NCBI GenBank assembly: GCA_030613375.1 | Contig: JAUWMC010000001.1 | Span: forward strand, 1 to 62,379 | Direction of reading: 5' to 3' | DNA length: 62,379 nt | From: Candidatus Micrarchaeota archaeon | GTDB taxonomy: Archaea; Micrarchaeota; Micrarchaeia; Anstonellales; Bilamarchaeaceae | Notes under the pieces: model-generated | What the model saw: only the letters and a program-made list of their open reading frames with translations | Databases searched by the model: none | What the model was told of the DNA's origin: nothing | Shown: in pieces, positions 43,945 through 52,696 of the stretch | Position numbering within the stretch: position 1 is the first letter of the stretch | Layout of the letters: each line of letters starts with the position of its first letter | Translations under genes and position numbers: made by a program

Positions 43945-46695
43945 ATGGGCGGAAAACAAAAACAACCACAATCTGAATATGGCATGGTGGACGAAAGAAA
44001 ATTGGCAGGGAAAACACCCAGAAGGGTAAATATGCCACCAATACCTACACAAGACCAGATTCTCAACAAAGTTGCAAAGGCATTTAAGGTAAAGCTTGAA
44101 GGTATGGGCACTGTTACTGCAGGAGAATATGTGGAAGCATTAGAGGCAATGACAGAAAGGACGGAAAGAGTCCTTGAGCACATGGCTGAGACATACTCTC
44201 CGGAAAAGATTTATGGGGAAAATGCAGGAAAGAAACTCGCAGGAACTCCAAAATTCCCAAAATCTGACATAAAAGTTCTCACCAAAAAGCAGCTTATGCA
44301 GGCACTTGCTGAACGTGCAGAAATTCTTTCTATTGCAGAATCGCTTGAGGGGATGGGCCTTAGGAAAGTTTGTGAAGATTTAGTTTCAAGAGTAAAGGAC
44401 GCAAAAAACGTTTCAAAAATGGAGTATGAATCATTTCTAAACAGGTTCATTGCGGGGGAGGAACGCATCGAAGCTATCCTCAAGGACATTACTTTGGATA
44501 AGGGTGAAAGGGCAGGAATAAATGCACTGCTTAAGCGGAAGGACAACCTCGGTATTCTTGAAATGGGCCGGAATTTTAATGCGGTGAAAGGCTTCAACTA
44601 TCCCACGGCAGGAATCAAGGACTGGGCCTTGAAAAAAGCAGATTGGCTTGCTAGGGTTAATCTTGCAGATGCATTAGGGGGAGCAAAATGGGCGTTAAAG
44701 TTTTCATTTGTAGATTCTTCTGCGAAACTTGGAGAAGAAGTTGCAAAACAATATGAGAAAAAGCATGCTAAATTTACAAGAAAAATAAGCCTTCTTAACA
44801 TTGGGAAAGTGGCTGTTGCAGCAGCAGTTGTTCTTGGTGCAGGATACCTATTCAGGTGCGTTGGCGGATTTTTCATTGGCAGTGATAAAGGGGAAGAGGG
44901 CAGCAGGTCTTCAGTAAAAAAGAAGAAAAGGACCCCAGTCTCCCCGGCAGAAATCGAACTCTACAAAAATCCCTTGTTCAGGGCCAAGGACAAAACCGGG
45001 ACCCCAAAATTCGTTGCCATTGCCAAGCACATGACTGCCATGAAGCTATCTGAGGAAGCGCAGGTAAAGGTTGCAAAAATCCTGAACAAGCTCCCTGGCC
45101 AGTTTGTAAGGGGCATGGACCTGAGGGAGTCAGTTGAGCTTGCAATAATACTTAGAAAACTTTCACCCGGCGTGTTCATCCAGAAACTTGCAGATACAGT
45201 TGTTTCAATACAGCAGTATATCGATTCTTCCAAAACAAAAGATTTTGCTTGGACTCTTGTGAAATCCGACAAAGCCAAGAAAGGGGATGTAAACTACTGG
45301 ATTGAGAATCCCCCTTATAAAAATATCCTGACTGAAGCGTGGTATACTAGGCCGTTCCCTGCATTTGTCAAGGCAGGCTTTAAGCCAGAAACAAAATTTC
45401 TTGGAGTTCTTTTCAGTACGGTGAGAAAGGCCAAAGTGAAGAAAGGCAAGGCAATGGTTCCGCTAACGTTTGCAGAGCAGAATGAACTTGCAGGTTCACT
45501 GGCAACATATTATTTCTCTACCAAAAAGAAGAAAATTCCTGAAACGTACCAAAAAGACCTCGAAGTAATCCTGAAGCTGAGGGCCAAAGGTTTCAGGATG
45601 GGCAAAGTAGTTGCAATCCTGGCAAAATTGGATTCAATCTACAAGCCTGAGCACAGGGATCGCGTTTTCAATAGTATGCTGCCAAGGTTAGCCCCAGACA
45701 TGAAAGAGGGGGCCCTAGTTGTAGCCCTAGAAGCGCCCGCAGTCAAGAATCCTAAATTGGCAGCAAAACACTGGGAATCCGCCCAAGGGATCCAAAGGCA
45801 GCAGTTCCTCACCCTAACCGAACAAGGCTTCAAAAAACCGAAAGCAGAGGAAATAGTCTCAAACTTGCAGGCTGTCTATAAGCCGGAACATTTGGATAGC
45901 GTTTTCAAGATTATTCTGCCAAAGCTCAAGCCTGGCATGAAAGAAGAGGCTAGGGTTGTCGCGATCGAAGCATCCGCAGTCAAGAATCCTAAATTGGCAG
46001 TAACAGGCTGGAAACCCCTCCAAGCGACCTTAAGGCGATACAACCTCAGCTTAATTGAACAAGGCTTCAAAAAACCGAAAGCAGAGGAAATAGTCTCAAA
46101 CTTGCAGGCTGTCTATAAGCCGGAACATTTGGATAGCGTTTTCAAGATTATTCTGCCAAAGCTCAAGCCAGGCATGAGTGAAGGTGAGTTCAGGATAACT
46201 ATAGAGGCACCAGCATTCAGGAACAGGTCAATGGGGAATAAACACTGGGTTTCTTCTATAGACTCGCGCCTTTCATTCCTTCTGGAAAAAAATGCAAAGA
46301 TCATAAGCAAAACCCTGAGGGAAAACTCTCAGGTTTATTATGAGAAATCCATAGGGATTGTACTTGCGCTTTCGAAATTGTGGCAGAAAGAATATGGGCA
46401 ATTTACAGCTAAGGAGTTTAAGGTTCTCCATCCACAGATTGCCTCCCTTTCCAGGTCTGATTCATTAGCCCATTTGACTCCGGCTGAATTGGCAAAAATC
46501 CTGATAGTTATTTCATCATCAGTGAAACCAAAAACTATCAACATAGGTTCCGGAAAGAATAGGAAGCGTGTGACTCCAAGGGAAGAAGTGCTTAGGCATC
46601 TGGAGAACAAGTTCACAGGGCAGAAGCCAACCGTTGCAGCAATCCTTGCTGAAATGGTCAGCTATCTTGAGGCAAACCCGGAGTATACATTCTAG
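43945..46695 (+). CDS. giant hypothetical protein (916 aa): one TM segment, Lys-rich, three 79-aa tandem repeats
   Basis: The ATG at 43945 is preceded by GGTGA. The TM is 'IGKVAVAAAVVLGAGYLFRCVGGFFIG'. The repeats are listed separately. Confidence 0.7.
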   Translation: MGGKQKQPQSEYGMVDERKLAGKTPRRVNMPPIPTQDQILNKVAKAFKVKLEGMGTVTAGEYVEALEAMTERTERVLEHMAETYSPEKIYGENAGKKLAGTPKFPKSDIKVLTKKQLMQALAERAEILSIAESLEGMGLRKVCEDLVSRVKDAKNVSKMEYESFLNRFIAGEERIEAILKDITLDKGERAGINALLKRKDNLGILEMGRNFNAVKGFNYPTAGIKDWALKKADWLARVNLADALGGAKWALKFSFVDSSAKLGEEVAKQYEKKHAKFTRKISLLNIGKVAVAAAVVLGAGYLFRCVGGFFIGSDKGEEGSRSSVKKKKRTPVSPAEIELYKNPLFRAKDKTGTPKFVAIAKHMTAMKLSEEAQVKVAKILNKLPGQFVRGMDLRESVELAIILRKLSPGVFIQKLADTVVSIQQYIDSSKTKDFAWTLVKSDKAKKGDVNYWIENPPYKNILTEAWYTRPFPAFVKAGFKPETKFLGVLFSTVRKAKVKKGKAMVPLTFAEQNELAGSLATYYFSTKKKKIPETYQKDLEVILKLRAKGFRMGKVVAILAKLDSIYKPEHRDRVFNSMLPRLAPDMKEGALVVALEAPAVKNPKLAAKHWESAQGIQRQQFLTLTEQGFKKPKAEEIVSNLQAVYKPEHLDSVFKIILPKLKPGMKEEARVVAIEASAVKNPKLAVTGWKPLQATLRRYNLSLIEQGFKKPKAEEIVSNLQAVYKPEHLDSVFKIILPKLKPGMSEGEFRITIEAPAFRNRSMGNKHWVSSIDSRLSFLLEKNAKIISKTLRENSQVYYEKSIGIVLALSKLWQKEYGQFTAKEFKVLHPQIASLSRSDSLAHLTPAELAKILIVISSSVKPKTINIGSGKNRKRVTPREEVLRHLENKFTGQKPTVAAILAEMVSYLEANPEYTF
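45589..46299 (+). repeat. three tandem 237-bp (79-codon) repeats inside the 916-aa ORF
   Basis: Units start at 45589, 45826 and 46063 (GF[RK]..K...I...L...YKPEH.D.VF...LP+L.P.M.E). 45820-45940 and 46057-46177 are identical except for 1 nt. Units 1 and 2 share an identical 25-mer, GCAGTCAAGAATCCTAAATTGGCAG. Confidence 0.9.
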
Positions 46696-46743
46696 CTTTC
46701 TCCAACCTTACCTTTTTTATATTCTTTTTCCAATCATAGGTTT

Positions 46744-48135
46744 GTGAAGATATACAATTCTCTCTCCAGGCAGACAGATGAATTTGAGCCAATTGAAAAA
46801 GGCAAAGTTTACATGTATGTATGTGGCCTTACTCCCTATGACCACGCTCACTTGGGCCATGCAAGAACCTATATTTCCATGGACACAATAAAGCGATATT
46901 TTCTCCACAAGAAATTTGAAGTGCTTCATATCCAAAACATCACGGACATTGAAGACAAGATTTTCAACCGCTCAAAGGAAACAGGCAAATCTCCATTAGA
47001 ACTTTCGGAAAAGTTCCAGGGCGAGGCAATGGAAGAATTCGACCGCCTCAATATACTTCCCGCAGACCATTATCCAAAGGTAAGCGAGCACATTCCGGAA
47101 ATCATTGAAATGATAAAAAAACTTATTGAAAACGGGCATGCTTACGAAACCAAAACTGGAGTCTATTATTCAGTCTCCTCTTTTTCGGAATATGGAAAAC
47201 TTTCCGGGCAAAAACTCGAGGAAATGGAGCATGGTTGCAGGCTGAAAGTGGACGAAACCAAAAAAGACCCCGCGGATTTCGCGCTCTGGAAAAAAGGCCC
47301 GGATGTATTAACTTTCGACAGCCCATGGGGGGAAGGAAGGCCAGGTTGGCATATTGAATGCTCTGCAATGGGCATGAAATATACAAACGGAAGAACTTTG
47401 GATATCCATGGAGGGGGAAGGGACCTTATGTTCCCCCACCACGAAAATGAAATAGCCCAGGCAGAAGGTGCGCTAAACCAGAAATTTGTAAAATGCTGGA
47501 TGCACACAGGATTTCTCACAGTAAAGGGGGAGAAAATGTCCAAATCCTTAGGGAATTTCATAATCCTCAAAGATCTTCTGGAAAAATACCCTCCTTATGC
47601 ATTAAGACTATTCTTCCTACACAGCCATTATAGAAGCCCGGTAAACTATAGTGAGGAGAACATCTCCTCTGCACAAACAACCGCAGAAAGGATGTTCAAC
47701 TTTATTGAGCACGCAGATGAGCTCCCTGTTTCAGGAGGAACGGAAAACACAGAGCTCAGAAAAAAGCTCCACGGAGAAGTGGATGGATTTTATAAAGTAA
47801 TGGACAATGATTTCGACACCCCAAATGCACTTTCCCATATGTTCGGCATAATGACCGAATGTTTTTCGGAAATGCGAAAGGAGCAGCCGGATTACCCTGC
47901 AATTGCAGAAGCAAAAGAAGATTTCAAGAAGATGATGTGGATACTGGGCCTGGAAAAAGAAAAGAAGAAAATCGACCCAGAAAAAGAAAAAGAAATAGAT
48001 TCTCTTGTCCAAGACAGGGAAAATGCCAGAAAGGAAAAGAATTTCAAGCTGGCGGATGAGATAAGGGATAAGCTCTCTGAAATGGGAGTGATATTGGAAG
48101 ATACAGATAAAGGACCTAGATGGAAACTAAAATGA
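46744..48135 (+). CDS. cysS: cysteinyl-tRNA synthetase
   Basis: It has 'MYVCGLTPYDHAHLGHARTY' (HIGH), 'GWHIECSAM' and 'KMSKSLGN' (KMSKS). The start is GTG. Confidence 0.92.
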   Translation: MKIYNSLSRQTDEFEPIEKGKVYMYVCGLTPYDHAHLGHARTYISMDTIKRYFLHKKFEVLHIQNITDIEDKIFNRSKETGKSPLELSEKFQGEAMEEFDRLNILPADHYPKVSEHIPEIIEMIKKLIENGHAYETKTGVYYSVSSFSEYGKLSGQKLEEMEHGCRLKVDETKKDPADFALWKKGPDVLTFDSPWGEGRPGWHIECSAMGMKYTNGRTLDIHGGGRDLMFPHHENEIAQAEGALNQKFVKCWMHTGFLTVKGEKMSKSLGNFIILKDLLEKYPPYALRLFFLHSHYRSPVNYSEENISSAQTTAERMFNFIEHADELPVSGGTENTELRKKLHGEVDGFYKVMDNDFDTPNALSHMFGIMTECFSEMRKEQPDYPAIAEAKEDFKKMMWILGLEKEKKKIDPEKEKEIDSLVQDRENARKEKNFKLADEIRDKLSEMGVILEDTDKGPRWKLK

Positions 48136-48144
48136 GGTGTAAAA

Positions 48145-49290
48145 ATGCGTTGGATACTTGCGATATTTCTCATAGGGCTGCTTCTTGTTGCAGGCTGCCC
48201 CCAGGAAGAAGTGGTTGAGGCTGAGCCTGAACCAGAGCCGGAGCCAGAACCGGAACCGGAACCAGAACCGGAGCCTGAACCCGAAGTAATAACGATTGGG
48301 TATATTGGCCCGCTTTCAGGAGACAATTCCCTTGAAGGAACCGAAGCACTTAATGCAATCAAGCTCGCAGCTTCAGAACTTTCAACTCAGGACTATATCT
48401 ATGAAATAGCAGAGCAGGATGGACAGTGTACTGAAGAAGGTGCAGCATCCGCTCTCCAGTCCCTCGTAGATTTCCGTGGAGTAAATGTAATTATCGGAGG
48501 AGTATGTACTGAAGAAGTAGATGGGATAGCACCGCTTCTTGAGCAAAATAATGTGGTGCTTATCTCCCTTGCAACCGGAAACGCTGACAATGATTATGCA
48601 ATGAACTTTGCAGGCTCACCTGAACTTATTGGGGAAGAGATTGCCCAGTTCTGCGTGAATAATGCCTGGCTCAGGACGATGACCATAACTGACGGGACCC
48701 CAGATGCGGAAGCAAAAGAGGCCCTTTTCGATGCAGCAGCAAAGGCAGCCAAGCTTTCTACACAGCCAGCCCAAACCTACAATGAAAATTTCGCTTCCAC
48801 AGTTTCAATAATCAAAGGATACCAGCCTCAGGTTGTGCTGGTATTTGCATCTGATGGAGCAACTGCAGCGGACATTGTGAACCAACTCAAGGATGGAGGA
48901 ATTGAATCTGAAATAATCGGGGATGAAAACATTGTTTCCTCATCCGCAATCTCCGCAATGGGTGCAAATGGAGAGGGAGTGCATGCAATCCTTCCCGAAT
49001 TTGATGCAACCGACCCTGCGGCTTCCTATTTCATGAACAGCTATGTTTCAAGGTATGGGAATCCTTCAAACCAAGTGCTGGTTGCAGATGCAAGGAACGC
49101 GATGTACCTTCTTTCACAGGCAGAGGAGTTCTATTACTACAAAGCAACCGTACAGGACTTCCAGCAGTATTGGACGAACCTGGAAAGCTGGGCAGGAATG
49201 GGTGCGACACTTACATTCGAGAATGGAGACAGGGTTGCTTCGTTCAGGATGGTTAAAGTGAGCGGCGGGACCACGCAACAGGTCTCGTAA
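48145..49290 (+). CDS. lipobox lipoprotein, type-1 periplasmic-binding-protein fold (LivK-like solute-binding protein)
   Basis: The lipobox 'LLLVAGC' is followed by an (EP)10 linker, then 'ITIGYIGPLSGDNSLEGTEALNAIKLA...DGQC....A..A...L....GV.VIIGGVC' as in Leu/Ile/Val-binding proteins. No permease or ATPase gene is adjacent. Confidence 0.6.
   Translation: MRWILAIFLIGLLLVAGCPQEEVVEAEPEPEPEPEPEPEPEPEPEPEVITIGYIGPLSGDNSLEGTEALNAIKLAASELSTQDYIYEIAEQDGQCTEEGAASALQSLVDFRGVNVIIGGVCTEEVDGIAPLLEQNNVVLISLATGNADNDYAMNFAGSPELIGEEIAQFCVNNAWLRTMTITDGTPDAEAKEALFDAAAKAAKLSTQPAQTYNENFASTVSIIKGYQPQVVLVFASDGATAADIVNQLKDGGIESEIIGDENIVSSSAISAMGANGEGVHAILPEFDATDPAASYFMNSYVSRYGNPSNQVLVADARNAMYLLSQAEEFYYYKATVQDFQQYWTNLESWAGMGATLTFENGDRVASFRMVKVSGGTTQQVS
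48223..48285 (+). repeat. hexanucleotide GAR-CCN x10 repeat encoding the (Glu-Pro)10 linker
   Basis: Read directly: gag cct gaa cca gag ccg gag cca gaa ccg gaa ccg gaa cca gaa ccg gag cct gaa ccc gaa. Confidence 0.9.
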
Positions 49291-49350
49291 CCCTTTTTAT
49301 TCCTTTTTCTTCATTTTATCCTTCACCATTTTACTTTTATGAAGTAGATT

Positions 49351-49425
49351 GGGCCTGTAGCTCAGCTTGGTTAGAGCACCGGACTCTTAATCCGGGTGTC
49401 GGGGGTTCGAATCCCCTCAGGCCCG
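49351..49425 (+). tRNA. tRNA-Lys(CUU)
   Basis: Hand fold: GGGCCUG/CAGGCCC acceptor, GCUC/GAGC D stem, CCGGA-CUCUUAA-UCCGG anticodon arm, GGGGG-UUCGAAU-CCCCU T arm. Confidence 0.9.
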
Positions 49426-49556
49426 CTTCTTCTTTTCTGCCAAAAAACAGGAGACATCTTCACAAGAGTCTTGTGATCTCAGTGGTCAAAAAAATATGGT
49501 GCCCCATGGGAGATTTATAAACAAGAATATGCATATTATTCTAGGTGGGAGAGCAA

Positions 49557-50207
49557 ATGGAAGAGCTAAACCTCACGCTTGTTCCTGTAGCGCATATCTC
49601 GAAGAAAAGCGCGGAACTTGTAAGGGAAACAATAGAGCAGGAAAACCCTCAGATTATAGGCCTGGAATTGTGCAGGGAGAGGCTGGAAGGTCTAGTGAGA
49701 GGGGGAACCAGGTCAATGGATTTCCGCACAGTAATCAGCCACCCCACATCTGCATTAATGTTCGCAGCACAGCAGATTCTGGGAAAATGGTGGCATATAC
49801 AGCCGGGAAGCGAGATGATTGAAGCCCTAAGGGCTGCAAGAGACATAGAAAAGCCCATAATACTTCTGGATAAGCCGATACGGGTAATCGCAAGAGACAT
49901 AGAAAAAATCCCCCTTAAGGAAAAGATAGGAATGATCTTTTCTGGAGGAAACCCCATCAAAAAGAAAATGGGCCTGAAAGAAATGATGCAGCCTGAGAAC
50001 CTCAATATTCTCCTTTCCAAGCTGGAGGGGGAGTTTCCCATATCCTACAGCGTTTTTGTGGATTCCAGAAACAAATACATGTTCAGGAAACTTCTTTTTC
50101 ACAAACCAGAAAGTGCAGTGGTAATCGTAGGGGCCGCCCATGTTCCCGGTCTGCAGAAACTCGCGGAAGAATCCGAGCAAAAAATAAATGTAAAGGTTGC
50201 AAGGTGA
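49557..50207 (+). CDS. TraB/PrgY-family protein
   Basis: 'LVPVAHISKKSAELVRETIEQENPQIIGLELCRERL' and the C-terminal 'VVIVGAAHVPGL' are the TraB family hallmarks. Confidence 0.7.
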   Translation: MEELNLTLVPVAHISKKSAELVRETIEQENPQIIGLELCRERLEGLVRGGTRSMDFRTVISHPTSALMFAAQQILGKWWHIQPGSEMIEALRAARDIEKPIILLDKPIRVIARDIEKIPLKEKIGMIFSGGNPIKKKMGLKEMMQPENLNILLSKLEGEFPISYSVFVDSRNKYMFRKLLFHKPESAVVIVGAAHVPGLQKLAEESEQKINVKVAR

Positions 50208-50211
50208 GCAA

Positions 50212-50463
50212 ATGGACATCGTTCTAAGGACAAAACCAGCAAATGTTTTCCTTTTTCTCAAGGGAAGGGATTCCGCATACCTTTCTGAAATAGCAAAAGA
50301 AACCGGCACAACATACGTGTACATAACAAATTTCGTTTCAAGGCTTCTGGAAACGGGTTTTGTTTCAGTTGAATCCAAAGGAAAAAAGAAAATGGTTAAG
50401 CTTACTGAAAAAGGAAGGGAAATTGCATCTCATTTGGAAGAAATAAGGAGGAAATCCGAATGA
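50212..50463 (+). CDS. small winged-helix transcriptional regulator
   Basis: 'AYLSEIAKETGTTYVYITNFVSRLLETGFVSVESKGKKKMVKLTEKG' is an HTH plus wing pattern. Confidence 0.6.
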   Translation: MDIVLRTKPANVFLFLKGRDSAYLSEIAKETGTTYVYITNFVSRLLETGFVSVESKGKKKMVKLTEKGREIASHLEEIRRKSE

Positions 50464-51068
50464 TTGAAGTATTCAAGGGAATCTCAACCCACCCGGTAAG
50501 GGGAGCAAGCGGTACAGTTGCAACAGGGTACACAATCGGGAATTTTGCAGTAGATGCCCCAGAAGGCGTAAATTATCCCGGTTCCCCATTAATCCTGCTG
50601 ACGCATGCGCATTGTGACCACATCTGCGGTTTGTCCCTCCACAACCATCCCTATGCATGCTCTGAATTCACTGCAAAAGCAATAACGGAAGTAAGAGAAG
50701 AAGCAACCCTTTGTACTCATTTAGGGTTCCAGATTCCAAGAAGGCCCCCGCAGCAAATCCTGAAGGATGGTCAGATTCTCCAGGGAGATGGATTTACAAT
50801 AGAAGTAATCTCTACCCCTGGGCATTGTGAAGGTGCACTATGTTTCTACGTTCCGGAGCTCAAAGCACTATTCACTGGAGACACTGTATTTGGGGGACGG
50901 GCGCTCCCTTCAGTCAGTCTCCCTACGAGCGATCCCCAAGCTCTAATTAACTCATATGAAAAGCTCTCAGCTTACGAAACAGAAAAAATTTATCCAGGCC
51001 ACGGGATCCCGTTTTCCGCAAAGGGCTACATCCGCGACCTGCTCTCAACCTTGAACGAATTTATATAA
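50460..51068 (+). CDS. metallo-beta-lactamase-fold hydrolase
   Basis: 'LLTHAHCDHICG' (HxHxDH), 'TPGHCEG', 'FTGDTVF' and 'YPGHG' are present. Confidence 0.8.
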   Translation: MIEVFKGISTHPVRGASGTVATGYTIGNFAVDAPEGVNYPGSPLILLTHAHCDHICGLSLHNHPYACSEFTAKAITEVREEATLCTHLGFQIPRRPPQQILKDGQILQGDGFTIEVISTPGHCEGALCFYVPELKALFTGDTVFGGRALPSVSLPTSDPQALINSYEKLSAYETEKIYPGHGIPFSAKGYIRDLLSTLNEFI

Positions 51069-51498
51069 TCCTGAGCTTCACGGTTTTTCCCGCTTGCTCA
51101 AGCACTTTATTGTAGTTGAGATAATGGGCATATACAGTAATCTTTATTGGAATCTCTCCAGGTGCTGTCATGCGGCTCCCATGGATGTTTATGGAGAATG
51201 TTTTAGTTCCTCCAGCAGCCACTTCCCCCATCCTTTCCTCATGGTGCTTCTGCCCGGATGTCACATCAAAACCAAGCTTCTGCCCACGGGGCAATTCAAC
51301 ATCAACGGAAACAAGGTGTTTTTCCCCTGAAGTATTCTTCACGGTTATGCTCATCCCAACCTTTGAATCCTTGTGAGATTTCATCCTCAAAGAGCTGAAT
51401 TTATGTGAAATCTTGAAAGGACTGGAACCCCTTGAAGGGATCTCTGCATGTTCTTCGGATTCTTCTCTTCTCCCGCTTAACCAATCAAACAGACCCAT
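51061..51498 (-). CDS. hypothetical protein with SepF-like N-terminal 'MGLFDWLSG' and a beta-rich body
   Basis: The start is taken at the ATG at 51498. The track ORF begins at a TTG at 51570. The start is uncertain. Confidence 0.45.
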   Translation of the reverse strand: MGLFDWLSGRREESEEHAEIPSRGSSPFKISHKFSSLRMKSHKDSKVGMSITVKNTSGEKHLVSVDVELPRGQKLGFDVTSGQKHHEERMGEVAAGGTKTFSINIHGSRMTAPGEIPIKITVYAHYLNYNKVLEQAGKTVKLRII

Positions 51499-51664
51499 AA
51501 TATCACGATAGAAAACTGTCAGGTTATGTTTAAAACGCTTTGCCCTTCTCTCGAAGTAAAAACCACACAATCACACCACTCAACCCTATAGTAGAAACAT
51601 TTAAATACCTGTTACAGTTCAATAGGAAGTTGCGTATTTTGGGGAGGAACTGGTCGCCTTGCCA

Positions 51665-51708
51665 GCCAGCGCAGTTAAATGCGCTGGCCTAATTCTTTTT
51701 CTCTTTTC
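51665..51708 (+). promoter_or_regulatory. 9-bp hairpin plus T-tract in the rtcA upstream region
   Basis: GCCAGCGCA(51665-73), loop GTTAAA, TGCGCTGGC(51680-88), then CTAATTCTTTTTCTCTTTTCCC. The rtcA SD AGGTGA (51712-17) and ATG 51725 follow. Confidence 0.45.
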
Positions 51709-51724
51709 CCGCAGGTGAAAATTT

Positions 51725-52696
51725 ATGACGGAAATGATTGAGATTGATGGTTCTTTTGGCGAGTCTGGAGGCCAGATTGTCCGCACTTCCCTATCACTTT
51801 CTGCACTTACAGGAATTCCAATTACTATAAGTAATATACGGGCAGGAAGAAGCCCATCTGGTCTCAAGCCCCAGCATATGGCGGGGGCACGTGCGGTCCG
51901 CTCAATTTGTAGAGGAACTCTTGAAGGAGTAGAAGAAGGAAGCAGCAAACTTACCTACACTCCGGGAAAAATCTACGGGGGAAAATATGATTTTCATATA
52001 GGAACCGCAGGCTCCACAATCCTTCTTGCACAGACAATTCTTCCCCTCCTTTTTGCATCCTCCAAGAAAAGCAGGGTAACAATAACCGGGGGGACAGATG
52101 TGCCCAAAGCCCCCACTTACGATTACTTCAAGGAGATCTTCCTTCCTGCACTTTCCCTTTTCGGGCTGAATGCAAAATGCTCACTTGAAAAAGCAGGCCA
52201 TTTTCCAAAGGGAGGAGGCACAATAACGCTCGAAATTGAGCCCGCAAAACCCAAACCGGTTTCTTACTGGTCCAGAGAATCTATTCCAAAAGCAATAATC
52301 TCAATCTCCGGTCTCCCATTAGGGATTGCAATGCGCGAGAAAAAAGTTCTCCTCAACAACAAAATAGAAGAGGTTTACATAAGGGAAAGGAATGCGCTTG
52401 ACCCTGGAAATGCACTCCTTTTGTACAGGGGCTTGGTGGGAAGCGCAGTGCTTGGGAAAAAAGGCCTGCGTGCAGAAACGGTTTCCCAGAATGCAATAGA
52501 TTTCCTGAAAGAAGAAGGAGATGTGGATGTTGACCATAATCTTGCAGACCAGCTTCTCATTTACTCTGCACTTGCAGGAAAAACAAGCTTTAAAACTTCT
52601 CACATCTCAAAGCATACGGAAACCAACATGCATATAATTGAGAAATTCCTCGGGAAGCAGTTCTCTGTTGATGGAACTATTGTAAAGGTGGAATAA
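51725..52696 (+). CDS. rtcA: RNA 3'-terminal phosphate cyclase RtcA
   Basis: 'IEIDGSFGESGGQIVRTSLSLSALTGIPITISNIRAGRSPSGLKPQH' is the canonical RtcA N-terminus. The size fits. Confidence 0.9.
   Translation: MTEMIEIDGSFGESGGQIVRTSLSLSALTGIPITISNIRAGRSPSGLKPQHMAGARAVRSICRGTLEGVEEGSSKLTYTPGKIYGGKYDFHIGTAGSTILLAQTILPLLFASSKKSRVTITGGTDVPKAPTYDYFKEIFLPALSLFGLNAKCSLEKAGHFPKGGGTITLEIEPAKPKPVSYWSRESIPKAIISISGLPLGIAMREKKVLLNNKIEEVYIRERNALDPGNALLLYRGLVGSAVLGKKGLRAETVSQNAIDFLKEEGDVDVDHNLADQLLIYSALAGKTSFKTSHISKHTETNMHIIEKFLGKQFSVDGTIVKVE

Noticed and set aside
47892-48362. 156-aa minus-strand ORF containing a (GS)n run
   Set aside because: It is the antisense reading of the (EP)10 linker repeat and of the cysS 3' end, and so not an independent gene.
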